DNA of 64,000 bases. Source: Candidatus Palauibacter denitrificans. Lineage in GTDB: Bacteria > Gemmatimonadota > Gemmatimonadetes > Palauibacterales > Palauibacteraceae. The DNA lies in the NCBI GenBank assembly GCA_009841015.1, contig VXMQ01000109.1, positions 1,767 through 65,766 on the forward strand, in the 5' to 3' direction. The notes under the pieces are model-generated. The model saw nothing but the letters and a program-made list of their open reading frames with translations, had not been told where the DNA came from and made no database searches. The translations under genes were made by a program, and so were the position numbers. Position 1 is the first letter of the stretch. Each line of letters opens with the position of its first letter. Positions 45,745-55,092 of this stretch are shown here, piece by piece.

Positions 45745-47196
45745 TTAGAGCTTGATGTCGAGGCGCCTGGCCGCAGCCAGCGGCGGGGCCGCGAGGCCGC
45801 AGCCCACGTAGGCGGCGAGCGAAAGCGCCATCGCGGGGAACACCTCGTGCACGGCCTCGGAGAACGGGACCCAGCGCCAGCACAGCAGCACCGTGAAGCC
45901 GGTCAGGAGCGAAGCCACGGCTCCCGTCCCCGTACCTCGCCGCCAGAGCAGGCCGAGCACCACGGCCGGGAAGAAGCAGGCCGCGTAGAGCCCGCCCGAG
46001 AACGCTGTCAGCGTGACGATGCTCCCCGGCGGATTGAGCGCGAGCCAGGCCGTGATGATCGCGAACAGCGCGACCCAGAACCGCGTATGCGCCACCGCGC
46101 GCCCCTCATCCGCCCGCGGTCGGAAGAGCGAGATCACGTCCCGTTCCCAGGTCGACGCCATCACGAGCAGTACGCTGTCCAGCGACGACATCGCCGCCGC
46201 GAGCATGGCCACGAGGATGAACGCCGCCGGGAGCGCCGGCAGGATCCCCGCGTCGCCGAGCAGCGTCGGCACGACGAGGTCCGATTCCGCGAGCCCGCTG
46301 CCGATCACCGCGTGGGCATAGAGCCCGATCGGGAGCAGAAGCGTGTACACGCCGAGGAACGCGATCGTCGACACGACGAGCCCGCGGCGCACCGCCTGCG
46401 GATCGGCGAGCGCGTAGAAGCGCGAGAGCTGTCTCGGATCGACGATGAACTTGAGCGTCCCCGCCACGATGATCCCGATGAGTACGGGGAAGGGCATGGC
46501 CGCGTCCCAGCGGAAGAGGCCGGACGTATCCGGCGCCGCGCGGATCGCGTCGATGGCCCCAAGCCCTCCGGCGCTGTTCAGCGTCCCCCAGAAGAGGAGG
46601 ATGGCCGCGATGGACATCACGATCCCCTGAACCGCATCGGTCTTCACGACGGAGATGAACCCGCCCACCGCCGTGTAGAGGACGACGACGATGAACACGA
46701 ACCCGATCGCCCCTCTGTAGGGGATGTCGAGGAAGATCTCGAGCAGGTTCCCGATCCCCTTGAAGACGGCGATCATGTACAGGAAACTGGCAAAGATCAC
46801 GATGACCGCCGCCAGGACGCGCGCCGCCCGGCTCTCGAAGCGGAACCCCACGTAGTCGGCGAGCGTGACCGAGTCCACCGCCCCCGTAAAGGCGCGCAGC
46901 CGCGGCGCGACCCAGATCCAGGCCGAGAGCGAGAAGACGACGACGGCGGGCGCGAGCAGGAGCCACGGCGCCCCGTAGGTATAGGCCTGTCCGGAGAAAC
47001 CGACGAAGCTGTTCGTGCTCGAGTAGGTCGCGAAGAAGGAGAGGCCGAGTACGACCCCGCCCATCGACCGCCCTCCGACGTAGTAGTCCGCCCGTCCCTT
47101 CGTCCCCCGGCGGCCCTCGATCGCGTGACGCACGAGCAGGGCGCCGTACACGGCGAGGAGCGCCACCGCGATCCAGTGTGTCTGCAGCCAGGCCAT
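45745..47196 (-). CDS. Sodium:solute symporter (SSS family) transporter
   Basis: 483 aa from the internal ATG (MAWLQTHWIAVALLAVYGALLV...), about 13 TM helices, and the SSS-type GYYVGGRSMG motif near the N-terminus. Confidence 0.85.
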   Translation of the reverse strand: MAWLQTHWIAVALLAVYGALLVRHAIEGRRGTKGRADYYVGGRSMGGVVLGLSFFATYSSTNSFVGFSGQAYTYGAPWLLLAPAVVVFSLSAWIWVAPRLRAFTGAVDSVTLADYVGFRFESRAARVLAAVIVIFASFLYMIAVFKGIGNLLEIFLDIPYRGAIGFVFIVVVLYTAVGGFISVVKTDAVQGIVMSIAAILLFWGTLNSAGGLGAIDAIRAAPDTSGLFRWDAAMPFPVLIGIIVAGTLKFIVDPRQLSRFYALADPQAVRRGLVVSTIAFLGVYTLLLPIGLYAHAVIGSGLAESDLVVPTLLGDAGILPALPAAFILVAMLAAAMSSLDSVLLVMASTWERDVISLFRPRADEGRAVAHTRFWVALFAIITAWLALNPPGSIVTLTAFSGGLYAACFFPAVVLGLLWRRGTGTGAVASLLTGFTVLLCWRWVPFSEAVHEVFPAMALSLAAYVGCGLAAPPLAAARRLDIKL

Positions 47197-47421
47197 TCGC
47201 CTCTCGGGTCTCCAGTGCGGGGGGGTCCCGGGTCCAATCTCCGCAGTCGGCGGACCCGGTATCTGATCGGAGCCCGCCTCCTCAGACAAGCCCCGGGTCC
47301 GACCGCGCACCGCTCATTGCCCGGCCCATCTTCTCGTACAAGGTTGGATTTCAACGACCGGCAACGGTCGGTGACGCCGAGCGACACCAAGTCACGCTAC
47401 CGTCAGACGGAGGGCATCGAA

Positions 47422-48717
47422 GTGGCGCAGGCAACGAGTACCCCGAGTCCCGAAGTCCAGACCCGAAAGCAGCTTCCCGAGCGGGGAATCGAGTGGGAGA
47501 CGCTCAAGACCGAACTGCTCACCCGGAAGGCGATCGACTACGACTGGAAGAACGGGCGCGTTCCGTACCTCGTCTACTACGTCACCGAGGCGCTGAAGCA
47601 GGTGCAGGACGCGTCACACGCCATCTACTCGGTGGAGAACGCCCTTTCGGGGCAGGGTTCCTTCCCCAGCGTCGGAGCGATGGAGGAAGAGGTCATCCAG
47701 ATGGGCCTCGACCTCTTCAACGCGCCCGAGGGTGCCGCGGGCCAGTTCACGTCGGGCGGCACGGAGAGCATTTTCCAGGCCGTCAAGGTCGCCCGGGACA
47801 TGAAACGGGAGGCGCGTCCGGACCTGGGCCGGCTCAACATCGTCGCCGCCTACAGCCGTCACCCTTCGGTGGACAAGGCGGCCCAGATCCTCGACCTGGA
47901 CATGAAGTACGTGGATTGCCGGGCGGACTACCGAGCGGACGTGGACGCCATCCGCGAGGCCATCGATGACGCCTCCGTTTTCATCTACGCGGGCGCCCCC
48001 ACCATCTACTACGGACTCATCGACCCGATGCGGGAACTCGGTGAACTCGCCCTCGAGATGGGCGTCCGCCTGCACTCGGATGCCTGCTACGGCGGCTTTA
48101 TCTCGCCCTTTGCGCGGGAACTGGGCTACCCGGTCCCCGACTTCGACCTCTCCGTGCCGGGCGTGTCCAGCCTGTCTGCAGACCTTCACAAGTTCGGTTT
48201 TGCGCAGAAGAGCGCTTCGCTCGTCCTCTTCGCCGATGGCGACGACCTGCGGTACGCCCGGTACGTCATCCGAGACCTTGCCGGCGGTTCCTACGCCTCG
48301 GCCACGGCCCAGGGCTCGCGGCCCGGCGGCGCGGTGGCGTGTGCGTGGACGATGCTCCAGCACATCGGTCGGGAGGGATACCGCGAGATCGTGCGCGGCA
48401 TCATGGAGACGACCCGCGCGGCGATCGACGGCGTGAAGGCGATCGACGGCCTCTACGTGTTCGAGCCCGACGGGGACACGAACCTCTTCCGCTACGATGT
48501 AGAGCCCGGCGAACCGTTCAACATCTTCGCGGTCGCGAGGCTCATGAACGAGCGGGGCTGGATGATGGGACAGCACCGCAAGCCGCCCGCGATCCACCAG
48601 CCCATCACCTCCGTCCACACGCCCGTGCTGGGCGATTACCTCTCGGACCTTGAGGAGTGCGTCGCCGTGGCCCGGCGCGACCGCCTCCACGACCCCTTCC
48701 TCGACGGGACGTACTGA
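47422..48717 (+). CDS. PLP-dependent group-II decarboxylase/lyase, sphingosine-1-phosphate-lyase-like
   Basis: About 431 aa from a GTG with GGAGGG SD at 7-nt spacing. SLSADLHKFGFAQKSASLVLFAD closely resembles the S1P-lyase PLP-lysine motif (SADTHKYG...APKG.SVVL). The upstream 680 codons of ORF 45382..48717 are shadow. Confidence 0.8.
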   Translation: MAQATSTPSPEVQTRKQLPERGIEWETLKTELLTRKAIDYDWKNGRVPYLVYYVTEALKQVQDASHAIYSVENALSGQGSFPSVGAMEEEVIQMGLDLFNAPEGAAGQFTSGGTESIFQAVKVARDMKREARPDLGRLNIVAAYSRHPSVDKAAQILDLDMKYVDCRADYRADVDAIREAIDDASVFIYAGAPTIYYGLIDPMRELGELALEMGVRLHSDACYGGFISPFARELGYPVPDFDLSVPGVSSLSADLHKFGFAQKSASLVLFADGDDLRYARYVIRDLAGGSYASATAQGSRPGGAVACAWTMLQHIGREGYREIVRGIMETTRAAIDGVKAIDGLYVFEPDGDTNLFRYDVEPGEPFNIFAVARLMNERGWMMGQHRKPPAIHQPITSVHTPVLGDYLSDLEECVAVARRDRLHDPFLDGTY

Positions 48718-48767
48718 CGGCCCTCGAAGCCGGGTGTGCCACGGACCGCCAGACAGGGAGGTTCCCA

Positions 48768-49439
48768 ATGCCGGCCGGACTGTTATCGGCGCTGACCATC
48801 GCGCTCCTGACGCTGCTAGGATTGTGCGCCCGGTACTACGTCCATGGCGACTTCAACGCCATCCACGGTCTGTTCAGCCTGTTCTTCTCCACGAACCTCC
48901 TGATCTGCTACTGGGAGGCGTGTCTCTACCTGCGGCGGGACTACATCGAGACTCGCGCCGCGTACTGGCGCGAACGGCGGCGCGAGACCGGCCGCACGCC
49001 GGCCGTCGAGTTTCTTGCCACGCGGGTGCCGGTGAAGCGGATTCTGTCTCCGACCGTCTGGGCGGACGCCTGGGCTACCTACTCGATGGTGGATGAGTCG
49101 TATGCGGATCGTCGTACCTTCGGGTTCACCGCCGACGTCGCCAACGGATTCTTCACCCCGGTCCCGACGCTGATCCTGTATGGGGCCTTCACCGTCGGTT
49201 TCCCGCCGGCCGTCGTGGCCGGCATTCTCGCCGCCATGCTGTTCTGGCAGTGGGTCTACGTCTCGTCGCTCTACTGGGTCAGCTTCTTCGTTGCGGGGAG
49301 GCAGGCGCTCATCACGAAGCGCGAGTCCCTCGTCTACGTCGGCGCCCCGAACGCCTTCTGGGTACTGTGCCCGGCGTTCGGACTGTACGTCGCCGTCCGC
49401 CTGATCCTCGACGGCAACTACAGCGTGCTGGGATTCTGA
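48768..49439 (+). CDS. Hypothetical membrane protein (5-6 TM helices), downstream of the S1P-lyase-like gene
   Basis: 223 aa from the ATG with GGGAGG SD (MPAGLLSALTIALLTLLGLCARYY...). Hydrophobic throughout. No family recognised. Confidence 0.5.
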   Translation: MPAGLLSALTIALLTLLGLCARYYVHGDFNAIHGLFSLFFSTNLLICYWEACLYLRRDYIETRAAYWRERRRETGRTPAVEFLATRVPVKRILSPTVWADAWATYSMVDESYADRRTFGFTADVANGFFTPVPTLILYGAFTVGFPPAVVAGILAAMLFWQWVYVSSLYWVSFFVAGRQALITKRESLVYVGAPNAFWVLCPAFGLYVAVRLILDGNYSVLGF

Positions 49440-49442
49440 TCG

Positions 49443-50081
49443 ATGTTCCACGGGGCGAGGCACGGCTGGATCGAAGTCGTCGCCGGCGTGATGTTCAGCG
49501 GCAAGTCCGAGGAGCTGATCCGTCGCGTGCGGCGTGCCCTCATCGCCGGCCGGCGGGTGCAGCTCTTCAAGTCGCACCTCGACGACCGCTACGGAGGCCA
49601 ATTCCGGATCTCGTCCCATGACGGTCGGGAGATCGACGCCGAGCCCGTTTCCAATTCCGTTCAGGTCGCCGAGAAGGTCAGCCCGTCGACGCAGGTGGTC
49701 GCCATCGACGAGGCCCAGTTCCTGGACGATGGCATCTGCAAAGTCGCCGACGCGCTGGCGGATGCCGGGATGCGCGTCATCGTGGCCGGCACCGACATGG
49801 ACTTCCGCGGCGAGCCCTTCGGCCCCATGGGGCCGCTGCTGGCGCGCGCGGAGCGGATCGACAAGCTGCACGCGATCTGCGTCGTGTGCGGCGATCCGGC
49901 GACGAGGAACCAGCGCCTCATCGACGGCGCGCCGGCCCCCGCGGAGGGACCGACGATCCAGGTGGGCGGCGCCGAATCCTACGAGGCCCGCTGCCGTCAT
50001 TGCCACGAGGTGCCGAAGCGGGACCGGGCGCAACGGGAACTGCTGTTGAAGCGGGGGAAGGAGAAGTGGGAGGGAATCTAA
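49443..50081 (+). CDS. tdk: Thymidine kinase
   Basis: P-loop [20 protein letters not shown], and the C-terminal zinc-ribbon cysteines (CVVCG...CRHCH) typical of Tdk. Confidence 0.9.
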   Translation: MFHGARHGWIEVVAGVMFSGKSEELIRRVRRALIAGRRVQLFKSHLDDRYGGQFRISSHDGREIDAEPVSNSVQVAEKVSPSTQVVAIDEAQFLDDGICKVADALADAGMRVIVAGTDMDFRGEPFGPMGPLLARAERIDKLHAICVVCGDPATRNQRLIDGAPAPAEGPTIQVGGAESYEARCRHCHEVPKRDRAQRELLLKRGKEKWEGI

Positions 50082-50122
50082 GTCGACGACGTTGTCTGGA
50101 CGTCCTGCAAAGGAAGGATCCG

Positions 50123-51970
50123 ATGGAACGCTTCCCGATCCGGATGATCGCGCTGTTTGCCATGTTGCTCCTCCTGCTGCCGCCGGAGGCCACGGCTCGG
50201 CAGGTGAACGTCGGTCTGCCCGCGGACCGGCTGGCGCACCGTCCGGCGGTGCCGGGCCCGAACGGGCTCGTGACGGCTGGCCATCCGCTGGCGTCCATGG
50301 CGGGTCTCCGCACGCTCATGGCCGGGGGCAACGCCGCCGACGCCGCCGTCGCGACCCTCGCCACGCTGAACGTCGTACGGCCGCAGATGTCCGGGATGGC
50401 GGGGAACGGGTTCGTCACCCTCTACGACCGCGTCTCCGACCGTGTGTACTCGCTCGGGGCCACAGGCGCCGCTCCGCTGGCCATCGATCCCACCAGCCGC
50501 ACGGCCGACGAGTTGAACAAGGGGATTCACGCGGGCGTCGTCCCCGGCCTGTTCGGGGGATGGATCGCCCTTCTGGACCGCTTCGGCACCATGAGCCTGG
50601 CGCAGGTGCTCGCCCCCGCCATCGACTACGCGGAGAACGGCCATCCGATCGAGGCGTCCGTGGTGGCGGCGATCGAATCCCACCGGGAGCTCTTCGAGAG
50701 CTTCCCATCCAGCCGGCGGATGTTCCTCCCTCGCGGCAGGGTGCCCGAGCCCGGGGAAACGTTCCGGATGCCCGACTTGGCGAACACGCTCCGCAGGGTG
50801 GTCGAGGCCGAGCAGGAGGCGCTGGCGGCCGGCGGGACGCGATCGGAGGCGCTCGGGGCCGCCTTCAACCGCTTCTACCGGGGCGACATCGCGGAGGAAA
50901 TGGCCCGCTTCTACCGGGAGCACGGCGGCGACTTCACCATGGAGGATTTCGCCCGCTACGAGCCCATCTGGGCGGAGCCGGTCCACACCACCTACCGGGG
51001 CTACGACGTGTACACCAGCCCGCCGACGTCGCGCGGAGGGCTGGAGGTCGCAATGCAGCTGAACCTCGTCGAGGGGTTCGACCTGGGGGCCCTCGGCGCG
51101 GGCAGCGCCGAGACGACCCACCTGCTGTCGGAGGCGATCAAGGTCGCGAAGGCCGATGTCTACGCCTACGCAGCCGATCCCGCCCTGGTCGACGTGCCCG
51201 TCGACGAATTGCTCTCGAAGGACTACGCGGCGGCCCGGCGGTCCCTCATCGACCCGTCCCGCGTGATGGCGTACCCGGGGTCCGGGAATCCCGTGCGCGT
51301 CGACGAAATTCAGGTGGGTGTGCCGGAGGCCTCACGACCGGGGCCCGCGCCGCTGCGCGGCCATCTTGCCGAGCGGTCATACGAAGGCAGCACGACCAGC
51401 TTTTCCATCGCCGACCGGTTCGGCAACGTCGTCGCCGCCACGCCCACCCACGGCGGGGCCTTCGGCACGGGGGTGGTGGTCGGCAACACCGGCCTCACCT
51501 TCAACAACGGATCACGCATCGGCTCGACGTCGCCGTACCCCGACCACGTGAACTACGTCCGGGGAGGGCAGATCCCGATCCTCAACAACTCTCCCATCAT
51601 CGTGCTCAGGGAAGGTCGGTTCCACGCGGCGCTGGGAACGCCGGGCGGCGAGACGATCGGCCAGACACAGTTCCAGGTGCTCGTGAACCTCCTCGACTTC
51701 GGGATGCCGGTCCAGAAGGCCATCGCGGCGCCCCGCTTCACCCTGAGCGGGGAGCCGAACTTCTACCGGCCCGGAGCCGAGATCCGTTTCCGCCTGGAGG
51801 ATCGCCTGCCCGACGATGTGGTCGGCACGCTGGAGGCGTTGGGATACACCGTGGAACTCGCCCCCGGTTATGCCTTCGGCAGCATCCAGGGCATCACCTA
51901 CGATGCCGCGACCGGCGCCCTCATGGCCGGCGCCGACCCGCGCCGCGTCGCCTACGCCGTCGGATGGTGA
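50123..51970 (+). CDS. ggt: Gamma-glutamyltransferase, secreted
   Basis: 615 aa from the ATG with AGGAAGG SD (MERFPIRMIALFAMLLLLLPPEATA signal). The autoprocessing/catalytic Thr context GSTTSFSIADRFGNVV and the GGxxI motif (LGTPGGETIGQT). Confidence 0.9.
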   Translation: MERFPIRMIALFAMLLLLLPPEATARQVNVGLPADRLAHRPAVPGPNGLVTAGHPLASMAGLRTLMAGGNAADAAVATLATLNVVRPQMSGMAGNGFVTLYDRVSDRVYSLGATGAAPLAIDPTSRTADELNKGIHAGVVPGLFGGWIALLDRFGTMSLAQVLAPAIDYAENGHPIEASVVAAIESHRELFESFPSSRRMFLPRGRVPEPGETFRMPDLANTLRRVVEAEQEALAAGGTRSEALGAAFNRFYRGDIAEEMARFYREHGGDFTMEDFARYEPIWAEPVHTTYRGYDVYTSPPTSRGGLEVAMQLNLVEGFDLGALGAGSAETTHLLSEAIKVAKADVYAYAADPALVDVPVDELLSKDYAAARRSLIDPSRVMAYPGSGNPVRVDEIQVGVPEASRPGPAPLRGHLAERSYEGSTTSFSIADRFGNVVAATPTHGGAFGTGVVVGNTGLTFNNGSRIGSTSPYPDHVNYVRGGQIPILNNSPIIVLREGRFHAALGTPGGETIGQTQFQVLVNLLDFGMPVQKAIAAPRFTLSGEPNFYRPGAEIRFRLEDRLPDDVVGTLEALGYTVELAPGYAFGSIQGITYDAATGALMAGADPRRVAYAVGW

Positions 51971-51986
51971 GGCCCGTCAACGCGAA

Positions 51987-53057
51987 TCAGGCAGCCTCGT
52001 CGTCTACAGTTGACAGTATTCTTCGCCAGTCGCCCGACAGGCGCGTCAGCTCGTTCGCTTGAACCCAGACCTGTCCTCCGGCTCGCTGAACCTGGCCATA
52101 GGCCCAGCGAGCGATCTGAAGCGTCGCCCGCCAGTTATGGAGAACCCGTCGCTCCTCGAAGCCGGCCTGCAGTTCGTCCCGGCAAACGCGGTTCCGTTCC
52201 GTCCAGCGTTCGAGGTGCTCTTCCGCCGCGAGGAGGTCCGACTTGCTCGAGTTACACCCCTGGTGGGCCAGTACGAAGTTGTGTCCCAGGTCGAGCGAGT
52301 ATCGTCGCCACGGGATGAAGTGGTCGACATCGCCACCGGACTTGATGTCGCTCTCGCAGTAGAAGCAGCGGCCCCGCTGCACCGCCCTGAGGAGGGGACG
52401 ATAGATGTCAAGCGCGGTGCGTTGGGAGCCGAAGAGGAACGACCGCAGGTCGACGACCTGGCCCAGACGCTGAGGGTTGAGCCGCTGGACGAAGTGCGAC
52501 CATGCTCCCTCGATCACGTCGGTAACCAGAGGATAGAACACCCGAAAGCAGTAGGCGACGCCGGATTGTAGCCGAACCGACCCGCCTCTATCGACGTTCT
52601 CGTACAGGAACTCGAGGCGTTCCGACCCGACCGTCTGCAACTTCCAGAGCGGCATCTTCCTTACCGTCTGCTCCACCCTGCGCCGGAGGTTGTCCCAATC
52701 CGGGCGGCTTCTCTCAAGCTCGACCAGGGAGCCCTGGTAGCGGTTGTGGTGCTCGGCCAACTCGCGGACAACCAGTGCCTGTCGGCCCGTGTTCTGGTGC
52801 AGGATCCCCGCGTTTTCGCCGGCGGGGTAGGGTATTGCCTGAGGCCAGTACAGCCGCACGAACTGTTCGGCAATTTCGGCGGTGGACAGTTCAAGTTCGT
52901 CCCCACTGTCGTCACCCTCGACGAGGCACAGGTCAGCGATGGCATGGAGCAGCGCGAACTTGTAACTGGACGTGAAGCTGCCCTCGTCGAGCAGGCGCTG
53001 GAGCGACCGGAGAAACTCGAGCTGCCCTTCGGCTGTCGGCGGCCGTGGCTCGTTCAT
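51987..53057 (-). CDS. HNH-nuclease domain protein with an uncharacterised roughly 250-aa N-terminal domain
   Basis: 356 aa from the internal ATG (MNEPRPPTAEGQLEFLRSLQ...). C-terminal His-Me finger: CFYCESDIKSGGDVDHFIPWRRYSLDLGHNFVLAHQGCNSSK (CxxC ... DH ... H ... N). The N-terminal domain (FTSSYKFALLHAIADL...) is not recognisable to me. The ATG overlaps the upstream gene stop (ATGA). This patch is visibly lower-GC than its flanks. Confidence 0.75.
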   Translation of the reverse strand: MNEPRPPTAEGQLEFLRSLQRLLDEGSFTSSYKFALLHAIADLCLVEGDDSGDELELSTAEIAEQFVRLYWPQAIPYPAGENAGILHQNTGRQALVVRELAEHHNRYQGSLVELERSRPDWDNLRRRVEQTVRKMPLWKLQTVGSERLEFLYENVDRGGSVRLQSGVAYCFRVFYPLVTDVIEGAWSHFVQRLNPQRLGQVVDLRSFLFGSQRTALDIYRPLLRAVQRGRCFYCESDIKSGGDVDHFIPWRRYSLDLGHNFVLAHQGCNSSKSDLLAAEEHLERWTERNRVCRDELQAGFEERRVLHNWRATLQIARWAYGQVQRAGGQVWVQANELTRLSGDWRRILSTVDDEAA

Positions 53058-54253
53058 GAGTCCCAGTACGCAGCGTGCTCGGGCAGGACCCAGCGAATCC
53101 CGCCTCTCGGGTCCGCCACATCTCCCTTGAAGCGGGGGATCACATGTATGTGCGCGTGCCCCACGGTCTGGCCGCCCGCCCGCCCCTCGTTGATCCCCAC
53201 GTTGAAGCCGTCGGGATTGAGTTCCGCTTGAAGCCTTGCCCTCACGCCGGAGACGAGGCTCCATATGTCCGCCTGGACCTCGTCATTTCGGGCGAAGAGG
53301 GTCTCCGTGTGCTCTCTGGGGACTACGAGCGTGTGGCCGCGGCTCACCGGATACCGGTCCTCGACCGCGAGAGCATGCCGCGACTCGGCAACCACGGATT
53401 CCCTGGGCACATCGCAGAAGGGGCAGTCGGCCTCTTGGACGGCGGCACCGCGCGAACTGGCGGTAGCCTCCCGGGTTTCTCGAGGCCACCAGATCATCCC
53501 TTCCATTAACTTCGTTTCATCTCGAGCTGCGGTCAGAGCGGAGATATCGTCCACATGGCGGCTCATGACCACGGCGGACACCGCTGCGTCGAAGGCGTCC
53601 TCGGACGACATGGCCTTGCACGCGAGTGAGCCCTCTATTTCTGGCAGTCCCTGATCCAGATACGCCTGCCGCGCATCGAAATCGGACTTGTTCACCGGGC
53701 CCGTGAGCAGTCGCGGGTAGATCTCGATCACCAGTGGCATCCGCACTTCATGAAACGGCCAGATCGAGAAGCCCGCCGCGCGGAGCGTTGGCAGGTGAGG
53801 CATTGCCCGGATCGAGCCGGTGCCCACCGCACCGCCGCCGCCGATCTGGAACACGCTCTTGGGATTCGAACCCGTCCTCCCGGACAAGTCGCGTTCGGTG
53901 CGCCGAAAATGGTGGCGCAGCTTCGGCTTCCCCTTTCCCGGTCTTCCCCAGAACGGGGGCGGGCAGCTGCTTAGCCATTCTTCTCCCTGGGTGGAGACGA
54001 CGTCCCAAAGTTCTTCTATCGATGTCGCGCCCAGGTGCTCGGCGAACCAGAGGGGGAAGGAGAACCCGAAATCCAGGCCAACCACCACATCGGAGTCCGC
54101 CGCCGCGTCGTCGATCAAGTGGCGGATCAATTCGCCGCGGTCGCGGCCGGACTCCAGGCGAGCCAGGCGCCCGTCCCGTACCTCGGCGAGCCAGATCTTC
54201 GACGACGCCCCCGATTTCGCGCCGGACCAATCGACGGCGATGGCGCGGGTCAT
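53054..54253 (-). CDS. Fusion protein: N-terminal RNase-H-fold (RuvC/YqgF/DUF429-like) domain plus C-terminal HIT (histidine triad) nucleotide hydrolase
   Basis: 399 aa. The N-terminus MTRAIAVDWSGAKSGASSKIWLAEV resembles the first beta-strand and catalytic Asp of RuvC/YqgF-like RNase-H-fold proteins. The C-terminus has the HIT signature GQTVGHAHIHVIPR (HxHxHxx). Its ATG overlaps the upstream gene stop (ATGA) and its stop overlaps the HNH gene start (ATGA). Confidence 0.75.
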   Translation of the reverse strand: MTRAIAVDWSGAKSGASSKIWLAEVRDGRLARLESGRDRGELIRHLIDDAAADSDVVVGLDFGFSFPLWFAEHLGATSIEELWDVVSTQGEEWLSSCPPPFWGRPGKGKPKLRHHFRRTERDLSGRTGSNPKSVFQIGGGGAVGTGSIRAMPHLPTLRAAGFSIWPFHEVRMPLVIEIYPRLLTGPVNKSDFDARQAYLDQGLPEIEGSLACKAMSSEDAFDAAVSAVVMSRHVDDISALTAARDETKLMEGMIWWPRETREATASSRGAAVQEADCPFCDVPRESVVAESRHALAVEDRYPVSRGHTLVVPREHTETLFARNDEVQADIWSLVSGVRARLQAELNPDGFNVGINEGRAGGQTVGHAHIHVIPRFKGDVADPRGGIRWVLPEHAAYWDS

Positions 54254-55092
54254 CGCCGTCCCGCGCCAGGAATGTGGGGGCCTCGGGCGTTCGGACGAGG
54301 TCCGGCGCGGAGGACGTTGACGGGGGCCAGGTCGGGGTGGCGGCAGGCGGCGAGGCGGAGGATGAAGGTGTCGACGAGGGCGTGCTGGCCGGACAGGCTC
54401 GCGTGGCTGACCATGTCGGTGAGGACCATCCAGGCGGAGAAGGGCGGGAAGCGGATCTCGCGCCAGGTCTCGTCCCGCTCCTGGAAGGCCGGCGTGTCCT
54501 TCATGTAGTTGTGGAAGCGCCGCATGAGACGGTCGTACGGACTGGAGTCGGCGAGCACCGCCTCACCCAGCCCCGCCTTCGCGATCCCCCGCAGCAGGCG
54601 TCCGCGGAGACGGTCCACGGGGCCCCGCGCGAGCGAGCCGCCGTCCGCCACACCCGCCTCCGTCCCGTAGAGGGCGAACACGTCGGGGAACGTCCCCTTC
54701 GTACACCACACGCGGTCCTCGTCCGGGTTCACGTTGACGAAGAAACGGAGGATCCGGTCGCCGTCGGTCGCCCCGTAGGCGCCGGCGTCGAAGTGGATGA
54801 GTTCGTTGCTCGCGTGCGCGGCGAGGCCGCGGCCCCGCTCCTGAATCGGGCGGAAGCTTGTCGTCCCCACCGTCCACCCCTCGGTGAGCGCGGGCAGGCA
54901 CTCCCGCAGGAAGGCGCGAACCCTGGCGCCGTGCGCAGTGAGGGTGTCGAGAACGGCATCCCGCAGCCCTCCCTGCGACGCGACGCCGCGAAGACGCCCG
55001 CTCTCGGGGTGGTAGCTGACGTTTTTCGCGCGCAACTGCCGCGGCAGTTGCGTCCGCAGCCGCTCGAGATCCGCGTGCGGCGGGAGCTCCAC
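54250..55092 (-). CDS. Hypothetical protein, possible Fe(II)/2-oxoglutarate-dioxygenase-like (Kdo-hydroxylase/DUF2257-like); first gene of the coupled triplet
   Basis: 280 aa from a GTG. A HxD...H arrangement (LIHFDAG ... VSHASLSGQH) is compatible with a 2OG-oxygenase facial triad. Composition is protein-like, unlike the overlapping 640-aa plus-strand shadow ORF. The assignment is weak. Confidence 0.45.
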   Translation of the reverse strand: MELPPHADLERLRTQLPRQLRAKNVSYHPESGRLRGVASQGGLRDAVLDTLTAHGARVRAFLRECLPALTEGWTVGTTSFRPIQERGRGLAAHASNELIHFDAGAYGATDGDRILRFFVNVNPDEDRVWCTKGTFPDVFALYGTEAGVADGGSLARGPVDRLRGRLLRGIAKAGLGEAVLADSSPYDRLMRRFHNYMKDTPAFQERDETWREIRFPPFSAWMVLTDMVSHASLSGQHALVDTFILRLAACRHPDLAPVNVLRAGPRPNARGPHIPGAGRR

